From assembly GCA_030390025.1 (NCBI GenBank), contig JASTWF010000364.1:62001-126000 (forward strand): 64,000 nt of DNA, in the 5' to 3' direction. The notes below the pieces were generated by a model. The model had not been told where the DNA came from. It worked only from the letters and a program-made list of their open reading frames with translations, and ran no database searches. Positions 1 through 7,639 of the stretch are shown here, piece after piece. A program made the translations under genes and the position numbers. Position 1 is the first letter of the stretch. Each line of letters starts with the position of its first letter. Origin of the DNA: Squalus acanthias. Lineage: Eukaryota.

Positions 1-1
1 G

Positions 2-610
2 CCGGGTCATGGGGTCCCCATCTACGCTGACCTCAAACCCGGTAACCCTCCCACAATCGTGCTTGTGGGTTGCAAACGCGTGCATATTATCTGACACGTA
101 CGTTTGCATGTCCGTTGGGACATCCGCGACCATAAGCCCGAGGTCGTAGCCTCCGGATGGCTTCATGGTACACAGGGCCCCTTTACCTTCCTCCCCCGGG
201 ATTACCACTACCTCGCCTTTTCCACCCTTAGCTCCCCAGAGACAGTGATTCCTGAGGTCCACGAGGATCCCGTGCCCCGATAGGAGGTCTGATCCGAGGA
301 TGCCTCTCCCACCCCCCTCTTGCCATTTCATCAGTATGCACTTCCACGTGGTGTGGAGTGCTCCTAAATGAATGGATAGCGGAATGGAGAACGCGCCAGC
401 CTGCTCTTTTCCTGTAAACCCCGCTAATGTGTATGGGCCCTTGGTAGATAGCGGTGAGTCAAAAGGGCTATCCGTATGAATCACGGTGCATGAAGCTCCC
501 GTGTCCAACAAATAACTACCCTTCTGCTTTTCTACCTCCATCTCCACCAGGGGTCGCTTCCACGCATCATAGCTGAGCGGACACAGGTAGACGGGCTGTG
601 CGGGCTCTAG
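2..610 (-). CDS. pol: Pol N-terminus: retropepsin-type protease and start of RT region (partial, in frame with gag after the stop)
   Basis: Manual translation from 610 has no stop to the window edge (203 codons): LEPAQPVYLCPLSYDAWKRPLVEMEVEKQKGSYLLDTGASCTVIH...GRGILGSDLLSGHG...AFATHKHDCGRVTG. Catalytic DTG at 505-497. Confidence 0.9.
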
Positions 611-1744
611 TCATTGGGTACTGTTGGACGGGGCTGCGGCATCTGCGGGGCCGGTAGCAACTGCCACCCTTCCTTGCGAAATCATGAGGGTGCGCATGGC
701 TCCCAACATTGATTCGATCGCATCGGGATGGATAGGTGCACCAGCTCCCCTATCAGAGACAGGTGCCTGGGCTCGGACTGCGGGATTTTTATCCCTGGAC
801 TCCTTCCAAGGATTCCTGCAGTTCTTGCGCCAGTGCCCTGTCTTTCCACATCCGAAACAAGCATTACTGGCCTGTGGGACGCGATTTCCCTCCTGATGCC
901 ACTCCTTTTGAGCCGGGGCTGTGGGCCGCGCCTCATGCACCTTTCCCTTAAGGGGACGTGCTCCCGCACTCCTGGTATTACGGTACCCTACCGTGAGTCG
1001 ATTTAGGACCGACTCCTCTGTTGTGGCGGGGTTAGTGGGATCAAACCACGCTTTGGCCTGCTCCCTGACGGCTGGAAAACTGTTGGCTACCACACACCTG
1101 AGCCAATGAGTTAAACCGACACCGTCTATGCGGTGACGCGCTGGCGCGCCTGGGCAGCTACGTTGATATACTGGCCACAGCCTGTCGGCGAAAACCTTCG
1201 GGGGTTCTCCCTCCATCTGCACTGTTTGTCCCAATCTAACGAACGGACCTTCATCGTCCGCTCCCAACACTTCCAGGACCTCGTCCCTCAATTCCTCATA
1301 GGTATTATTTCCCCTCTTGCTCTCGTCTGAGAGACACTGAAGGATCGAGCTGTCTAATGAGAACAACAGCATTTTTGCTTTTTCCCCATCGTCGCAGCCG
1401 TTAATGGCTGCGGTTTGCTCTACCTCCCTGAAATGTACGGAAGGGTCGTCTGACTCGGCCAGCTTCCATACGTGACTGATCATAGCCCTCAGCTGGTGTG
1501 CATTGTGCGGCAACACAAGCTGGCTGAGGAGATCCCCCTCTTCCCCACCGTCTCTGTTCGGGCCCCTCTTGATACCCGTGACCGGACACAACGGTCCCGG
1601 CTTCACTTCTACCTCAGGGGGCTCTTCCTCTACTTCTACCACTTCCTTCCTTACCCAGGTTGCCGAATAGCTGGGTGGCGCGGATGGGCACAGTGGCAAA
1701 TACCTCCTCTGCTTTGTTCGGTGGGGATTTCTGAAATTCCCCAC
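611..1744 (-). CDS. gag: Gag capsid/nucleocapsid part
   Basis: CFGCGKTGHWRKNC zinc knuckle (859-818), PSAPPSY motif (1687-1667), capsid-like central region (..QMEGEPPKVFADRL..). Ends at TGA 613-611. Confidence 0.88.
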   Translation of the reverse strand: MGNFRNPHRTKQRRYLPLCPSAPPSYSATWVRKEVVEVEEEPPEVEVKPGPLCPVTGIKRGPNRDGGEEGDLLSQLVLPHNAHQLRAMISHVWKLAESDDPSVHFREVEQTAAINGCDDGEKAKMLLFSLDSSILQCLSDESKRGNNTYEELRDEVLEVLGADDEGPFVRLGQTVQMEGEPPKVFADRLWPVYQRSCPGAPARHRIDGVGLTHWLRCVVANSFPAVREQAKAWFDPTNPATTEESVLNRLTVGYRNTRSAGARPLKGKVHEARPTAPAQKEWHQEGNRVPQASNACFGCGKTGHWRKNCRNPWKESRDKNPAVRAQAPVSDRGAGAPIHPDAIESMLGAMRTLMISQGRVAVATGPADAAAPSNSTQ

Positions 1745-2417
1745 CCACCAGCGGCTGGTGTGCTGACGGGCTGATAAGGCACACCATGCCGTGCGCTTTG
1801 TTCAGGGCCTCTTTAAGGTTCCCTATCTCTCTTTGGCAGACGCTGTGATCGGCCCCCTCATGTTTATCCTCGAGGGCCATCTTATATGCCGCCCTAACCC
1901 CCGTTAAGCTCTCTTCCTGGGCTTTTATTTGGGCAGCTAGGCGGGCACATCGTTCCCTTATTCTGCCCTCATTTAACTTTGCCTCAGTGACCTGGCACTC
2001 GAGGTAATCTATTTTCGCCTCATGGTGGTTGGCGACTAACTGGCGTTCTTGATGCAACGCATTTAAAGACGCGATGAGCTGCTGCCCCCCCGCGACCTTC
2101 TCGTCCATTTCCACCTCTAAACCCTTGATCTGCGCTGCCTGCGCTAAGATGACCTGGTCCGAAAGCTGGACTTGTCTTTTATAGCACATCAGCCAGACCG
2201 CTTTCTCTACTGTTTTTTTATGTTCTTTGCTACCTGTCCACCTCACGGCTGCCTCTAGTGGACGCTTATCCACCAGCAGGTCACTTATCCATTTCTTAGT
2301 CAAATTCACTTTTCCAAACACATAATCTGCTATTCTCTCTTCCATAACATTTCGCCCATTCATACCAGGGTCTAACACATTATTTTCTCGCTGCCAGTGT
2401 CCCTTCGTGGTCGCCAT
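1614..2417 (-). CDS. gag: Gag N-terminal part (coiled-coil rich), 267-aa ORF; joined to the downstream gag ORF by a +1 frame break
   Basis: ATG in a strong Kozak context (ATAATGG) directly at the PBS. Heptad-like E/K/Q/L-rich helices. Overlaps the zinc-knuckle ORF. Confidence 0.7.
   Translation of the reverse strand: MATTKGHWQRENNVLDPGMNGRNVMEERIADYVFGKVNLTKKWISDLLVDKRPLEAAVRWTGSKEHKKTVEKAVWLMCYKRQVQLSDQVILAQAAQIKGLEVEMDEKVAGGQQLIASLNALHQERQLVANHHEAKIDYLECQVTEAKLNEGRIRERCARLAAQIKAQEESLTGVRAAYKMALEDKHEGADHSVCQREIGNLKEALNKAHGMVCLISPSAHQPLVGGEFQKSPPNKAEEVFATVPIRATQLFGNLGKEGSGRSRGRAP
2399..2416 (-). promoter_or_regulatory. Primer-binding site complementary to tRNA-Arg(UCG) 3' end
   Basis: The plus strand reads GTCCCTTCGTGGTCGCCA, matching the 3'-terminal 18 nt (including CCA) of vertebrate tRNA-Arg-TCG as I recall it. 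It sits immediately inside the LTR end. Confidence 0.88.
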
Positions 2418-2639
2418 TATCTGTAAGGGGTGACCTGCGGCTCTGTGCTTAGCCTGGGTGCTAGTGCGGGGTTAGGCCTTGTTGCCTGTTCTGGTCTCTA
2501 GCCAGCCTGATAACACTAGACACCTGTGAGTGGTTCGACCCACTCGACCTTACGGTTCTGACACTGGACTTAGGTGCGAGAGCAATAATGCAGAGAAAGA
2601 CTCAGGTAGACCCGGTTGAATAGTGCGAAATGGAAAATC

Positions 2640-2645
2640 TTTATT
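2640..2645 (-). terminator. Candidate LTR polyadenylation signal AATAAA
   Basis: TTTATT on the plus strand ~220 nt from the inner LTR end, where an R/U5 boundary is expected. Confidence 0.5.
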
Positions 2646-3446
2646 GCATATTATTCAAGATTACGAGATACATGTCATAAGCACAGATTAACGACAGTAC
2701 AATCTTACACACAGTTATGAAACTAATTTTAGGGAAACGAGGAGCGCATGACACATCGTAAAAGGGGACACACATTATAATTATCCTTAAAACTTAAACC
2801 CTCCCCTATCAATACCTGTCCTAATCTAGATTTGTAGGATCGAGACTCATGCTCACCACTCGTGATAACTCGGAGAATTCCGAAACTCTGCTCGGATGTT
2901 TTTACCGCAGCACCTGACTATCCACGTGTTGATCAGGGGTCTCTGTACCCCACTTGTTTGCTCGCTTCTGCTCCGGCTAGCAGGCTGGACCGTCTGCTGT
3001 CATGAAGATCTGTGTTGTCCTCGGAGTTCTGATACTACTCAAAGAAGAGTCTTCCTGTGCCCTACACCGGTTCGATAGAACTCGAAGAAGGGTCTTCCTG
3101 GGCCAGTTGTGGAGTAGCCGATAAAATTCGAAGAAGTGTTTATTCGACTTACAGGCGCGGTCGGGGCTTACTGACCGTGGCGATACGTATTGTCGTCTTC
3201 TTCTCTTCTCATCTCATCTCATCTCATCTCCTCTCGGGGCTTCGGTTCCAACACCGTTTACCGACTTCTCGGGATGGTGCGCCCGCTTCCAGGCCTCACA
3301 GCCCAGTTCTCCACAGATCTTCGCGGCAAGCCACGAGGTTGATCCTAGCGGATCAGAGTCCAGAGCCGTCAGGCAAGAGAATAAAAGTTCAGCAGTCTTC
3401 CAGCGAGTCAAAGCAGCAAGAGAAAGATGGACGGTTGTACTTTACA

Positions 3447-3481
3447 GTTATAGTGCTGTAATTCCTCTTTTCCCGCCCAAT
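3447..3481 (-). promoter_or_regulatory. Candidate LTR Pol II promoter (CCAAT/GC box plus TATA-like box)
   Basis: Minus strand ATTGGGCGGGA (3481-3471), then TATAAC (3452-3447), then a pyrimidine-rich initiator-like stretch at ~3425-3415. YY1-like CGCCATCTT (3874-3882) and GCCATTTT (3928-3935) lie upstream in the putative U3. Confidence 0.5.
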
Positions 3482-4160
3482 CTTAATGTCTATCTTTTGT
3501 CAGGTTTTTGGCGCTCAAACTTCTTGTATGGGGTGATCTCAGTCTTTAATGGGTTTCGGTGACACTTGTAACTGTCTGAGTACCCGTTAATATTTCTCCC
3601 ATTGTGGAACCGGCTAGTAGTCTCCCTGGAGGGGTTTTGGGGCTTCCAAATGCTTGCTGTAAGTACCCGCAAACGGCTCTCTCATCGTAGAGTCGTGGGG
3701 ATTTTGCATATTAATGTCTTTGGATGGGTCCTTGATCGCTCAGTACAATAGCCCTTATTTGCACCCGGGAGACCGATTCCAGTATTTATGTTTAAAATGC
3801 AAACCCATCATGTCTTGTCATTTATCTCAAATGTGCTGAGTCCTGTACGATCTTGCACAAATGTTTATTGGAACGCCATCTTGTCTGCCCATTGAAAGTC
3901 TAGAACTTTCTGCCACGAGGCGTGGCGGCCATTTTACAGGCTGTTTGTGTCCGTTTTGAAACCTGACAGCATTCTGCTGAAATAAAGCTGTTTGTACGAA
4001 ACTTTATGTCTCCTTCTTATTTTATAAAATCGCGATAATTTTGTGAATTCTACACTTTTTACTTCTGTCTCCCGCTCTGAGATTGGTAAACCTACCTGCT
4101 CCTCGGGCTCGCTTTTATACTCTGCCGCCGCCGCTCCTCCTAGGTCCGCACCGCCGCTGC

Positions 4161-5748
4161 TAAATCCCCAGGGCCTGATAATCTACATCCTAGGGTACTT
4201 AAGGAAGTGGCCCTCGAAATAGTAGATGCATTGCTGGTCATCTTCCAAAATTCAATCGACTCTGGAACAGTTCCCATGGATTGGAGGGTAGCTAATGTAT
4301 CCCCACTATTTAAAAAAGGTGGTAGAGAGAAAACGGGGAATTATAGAGCGGTAAGCCTGACATCGGTAGTGGGGAAAATGCTAGAGTCCATTATAAAAGA
4401 TGTAATAGCAGAGCACTTGGAAAACAGTGACAGGATCGGACAAAGTCAACATGGATTTACAAAAGGTAAATCATGCTTGACTAATCTACTGGAATTTTTT
4501 GAGGATGTAACTGGTAAAATAGATAAGGGAGAACCAGTGGATGTGGTGTATTTGGATTTTCAGAAGGCTTTTGATAAGGTCCCGCATAAGAGATTAGCGT
4601 GCAAAGTTAAAACACATGGGATTGGGGGTAAGGTACTGACTTGGATAGAGAACTGGTTGGCAGACAGGAAACAAAGAGTTGGAATAAACGGGTCTTTTTC
4701 CGAGTGGCAGGCAGTGACTAGTGGGGTACCACAGGGATCGGTGCTACGACCCCAGCTATTCACAATATATATTAATGATCTAGACGAGGGAAGTAGATGT
4801 AATATCTCCAAGTTTGCAGATGACACAAAGCTGGGTGGGCGTGTGTGCTGTGAGGAGGCTGCAGAGAAACTCCGGTATGATTTGGACAGGTTGGGTGATT
4901 GGGCAGATGCATGGCAGATGCAGAATAATGTGGATAAATGCGGGGTTATCCACTTTGGTAGCAAAAACAGGAAGACAGATTATTATCTGAATGGCAATAG
5001 ATTGGGAAAAGGGGAAGTGCAACGAGACCTGGGTGTCCTTGTGCACCAGTCGCTGAAGGTAAGCATGCAGGTGCAGCAGGCGTTTAAGAAGGCAAATGGT
5101 ATGTTGGCCTTCATAGCGAGAGGATTCGAGTACAGGAGCAAGGATGTCTTGCTGCAGTTGTACAGGGCCTTGGTGAGACCACACCTTGAGTATTGTGTGC
5201 AGTTTTGGTCGCCTTATCTGAGAAAGGATGTTCTTGCCATGGAGGGAGTGCAGCGAAGATTCACCAGACTGATACCTGGGATGGTAGGAATGACGTATGA
5301 AGAGAGATTGGGTCGATTAGGCTTATATTCGCTAGAGTTTAGAAGAATGAGAGGGGATCTCATTGAAACTTATAAAATTCTAACAGGACTAGACAGACTA
5401 GATGCAGGAAGGATGTTCCCGATGGCGGGGGAGTCCAGAACCAGAGGTCACAGTCTAAGGATAAGGGGTAAGCCATTTAGGACTGAGATGAGGAGGAATT
5501 TCTTCACCCAGAGAGTGGTGAACCTGTGGAATTCTCTACCACAGAAGGCAGTTGAGGCCAATTCATTAAATATATTCAAGAAGGAGTTAGATATATTTCT
5601 TAAGGCTAAAGGGATCAAGGGATATGGGGAGAAAGCAGGGACAGGGTACTGAATTTGGATGATCAGCCATGATCTCATTAAATGGCGGAGCAGGCTCGAG
5701 GGGCCGAATGACCTACTCCTGCTCCTATCTTCTATGTTTCTATGTTTC
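4161..5748 (+). mobile_element. CR1-clade LINE, 5'-truncated, with 3' UTR and (TTCTATGT)n-type tail
   Basis: ORF2 motifs KSPGPD, QHGF, YLDFQKAFDKVPH, GVPQGSVL, KFADDTKL, LVRPHLEYCVQFW, RNFFTQRVVNLWNSLP; tail TTCTATGTTTCTATGTTTCT. Confidence 0.95.
4162..5652 (+). CDS. CR1 ORF2 fragment (reverse transcriptase domain and C-terminus), uninterrupted but lacking the endonuclease and start
   Basis: Open frame from KSPGPD (4162) to the stop at 5652; FADD catalytic motif present. Confidence 0.85.
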   Translation, partial: KSPGPDNLHPRVLKEVALEIVDALLVIFQNSIDSGTVPMDWRVANVSPLFKKGGREKTGNYRAVSLTSVVGKMLESIIKDVIAEHLENSDRIGQSQHGFTKGKSCLTNLLEFFEDVTGKIDKGEPVDVVYLDFQKAFDKVPHKRLACKVKTHGIGGKVLTWIENWLADRKQRVGINGSFSEWQAVTSGVPQGSVLRPQLFTIYINDLDEGSRCNISKFADDTKLGGRVCCEEAAEKLRYDLDRLGDWADAWQMQNNVDKCGVIHFGSKNRKTDYYLNGNRLGKGEVQRDLGVLVHQSLKVSMQVQQAFKKANGMLAFIARGFEYRSKDVLLQLYRALVRPHLEYCVQFWSPYLRKDVLAMEGVQRRFTRLIPGMVGMTYEERLGRLGLYSLEFRRMRGDLIETYKILTGLDRLDAGRMFPMAGESRTRGHSLRIRGKPFRTEMRRNFFTQRVVNLWNSLPQKAVEANSLNIFKKELDIFLKAKGIKGYGEKAGTGY

Positions 5749-6277
5749 TCTCTCTCTCTCTCTCTCTCTCTCAGTCTGTCCCTACTTCTCTCTCTCTCTC
5801 TCTCTCACTCTGTCCCTGTTTCTCTCTCTCTCTCTCTCTCACTCTGTCCCTGTTTCTCTCTCTCTCACTCTGTCCCTGTTTCACTCTCTCTCTCTCTCAC
5901 TCTCTCCCTGTTTCTCTCTCTCTCTCTCAGTCTGTCCCTGTTTCTCTCTCTCTCTCTCTCACTCTGTCCCTTTTTTCTCTCTCCCTCTCGCTCTCTCACT
6001 CTGTCCCTGTTTCTCTCTCTCTCTCTCTCTGTCTTTCCCTGTTTCTCTCTCTCTCTCTTTCTCCCTCTCTCTCTCTCTCTGTCCCTGTTTCTCTCTCTCT
6101 CTCTCTCTGTCCCTGTTTCTCTCTCTCTCTCTCTCTCTCTGTCCCTGTTTCTCTCTCTCTCTCTCAGTCTGTCCCTGTTTCTCACTCTCTATCTCTCTCT
6201 CTCTCTGTCCCTGTTTCTCTCTCTCTCTCAGTCTGTCCCTGTTTCTCTCTCTCTCTCTCTCTCAGTCTGTCCCTGTT

Positions 6278-6309
<32 letters not shown>

Positions 6310-6387
6310 ACTCTGTCCCTGTTTCTCTCTCTCTCTCTCTCTCAGTCTGTCCCTGTTTCTCTCTCTCTCTCTCACTCTGTCCCTGTT

Positions 6388-6419
<32 letters not shown>

Positions 6420-6780
6420 ACTCTGTCCCTGTTTCTCTCTCTCTCTCTCACTCTGTCCCTGTTTCTCTCTCTCTCACTCTGTCCCTGTTTCTCTCTCTCT
6501 CTCTCACTCTGTCCCTGTTTCTCTCTCTCTCTCTCACTCTGTCCCTGTTTCTCTCTCTCTCACTCTGTCCCTGTTTCTCTCTCTCTCTCTCTGTCCCTGT
6601 TTCTCTCTCTCTCTCTCACTCTGTCCCTGTTTCTCTCTCTCTCTCACTCTTTCCCTATTTCTCTCTCTCTCTCTCACTCTGTCCCTGTTTCTCTCTCTCT
6701 CTCACTCTTTCCCTATTTCTCTCTCTCTCTCTCACTCTGTCCCTGTTTCTCTCTCTCTCTCTCTCACACACTCTGCCCTT
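5746..6780 (+). repeat. Compound polypyrimidine satellite: (CT)n interspersed with CTGTCCCTGTTT
   Basis: Directly visible tandem structure, starting at the CR1 tail. Confidence 0.97.
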
Positions 6781-7062
6781 GTTTTACTGTGCCTCTCTCC
6801 TGTTTTCTCTCTCCTCCTCCATATTTCAGAACATGTAAATAAATGTAATACTTGTTCAGTGGAAACCACACAGCACCTGTGAGGTTATCCAGCTTTATGT
6901 CCAATTTCATGGATGTGGTGGAATGATTTAATGTTTTCTTTTTAAGTCTGATCACTCTCTGTGGCTCTGCAGGCTTTGTTGCACCAAGATTCTGGACTCA
7001 GCCGTGCGTTCCCAAACTAAGATTTAACCCTAATTTTTGAAGGTATCTGCAATGAACTGCTT

Positions 7063-7322
7063 GTTACAAATCACTAAAAGCCAGTGCACGGGTACAAAAA
7101 GCAATCAAAAAGGCTAATGGAATGTTGGCCTTTATCTCAGGGGGCTGGAATACAGAGGGGAGGAAGGTTATGCTTCAGCTGTACCGAGCTCTGGTCAGAC
7201 CCCATTATGAATACTGTGTTCAGTTCTGGGCCCCGCACCTGAGGAAGGATATACTGGCCTTGGAGGGGGGGGCAGCACAGATTCACCAGAATGATACCGG
7301 GGCTAAAAGGATCAAATTTTGA
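7063..7322 (+). pseudogene. Older, degenerate CR1 ORF2 fragment (resumes briefly at ~7605-7632)
   Basis: KKANGMLAFI, LQLYRALVRPHYEYCVQFWAPHLRKDILALE with frameshifts; interrupted by the SINE at ~7324. Confidence 0.8.
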
Positions 7323-7323
7323 A

Positions 7324-7550
7324 AAAGAAAGACTTGCATTTCTCCAGCGCCTTTCACAATCTCAGGACGTCCCAAAGCACTTTACAGCCAATGAAGTACT
7401 TGTAAGTGTAGTCACTGTTGTAATGTAGGAAACGCGGCCGCCAAATTGCAGAAGCAAGATCCCACAAACAGCAATGAGATAATGACCAGATAATCTGCTT
7501 GTTCAGTGGTGTTGATTGAGGGATAAATATTGGCCAGGATACCGGGGAAT
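7324..7550 (-). mobile_element. DeuSINE-like SINE, 3' half
   Basis: Reverse complement of the 3' part of the SINE at 56525-57445 (CCTGGCCAATATTTATCCCTCAA...CATTGCTGTTTGTGGGATCTTGC...TTTCCTACATTACAACAGTGAC...AAATGCAAGTCTTTCTTT). Confidence 0.8.
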
Positions 7551-7639
7551 TTTGAAGACAATAGCTGGGCATAGTTAAGACTAGTTGCATAGACTAGACA
7601 TGTATTCACATGAGTTTAGAAGGTTGAAGGGTCTAGTGA

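Larger units (their letters stand above)
1..4054 (-). mobile_element. LTR retroelement / endogenous retrovirus-like provirus, 5' part (5' LTR, PBS, gag, pro and start of RT); continues beyond the left window edge
   Basis: Ordered on the minus strand: LTR with TGTA...TACA ends (4054-2422), tRNA PBS (2416-2399), gag with CX2CX4HX4C, stop codon, in-frame aspartic protease LLDTGAS...ILGSD. Confidence 0.93.
2422..4054 (-). repeat. 5' LTR, ~1633 bp
   Basis: The minus strand begins TGTAGAATTC at 4054 and ends CCCCTTACA at 2422, 5 nt before the PBS. It contains promoter motifs and AATAAA. The outer (4054) boundary is inferred from the TGTA terminus; the partner LTR is outside the window. Confidence 0.75.

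Noticed and set aside
2525..2565. tRNA gene or alternative PBS suggested by GGTTCGACCC
   Set aside because: Only a T-arm-like hairpin with no cloverleaf or CCA end; the real PBS is at 2399-2416.
2896..3672. Short ORFs in the LTR as accessory genes
   Set aside because: Short, mostly antisense or non-ATG starts, one crossing a (TCTCA)n microsatellite; no recognisable motifs.
1..4054. DIRS/tyrosine-recombinase element or foamy virus
   Set aside because: An aspartic protease and a tRNA PBS argue against DIRS; a CCHC knuckle and in-frame gag-pol argue against a spumavirus.
5659..6882. SL-rich and ER-rich ORFs here and at 10179-14615
   Set aside because: Translations of (CT)n/(GA)n satellites.
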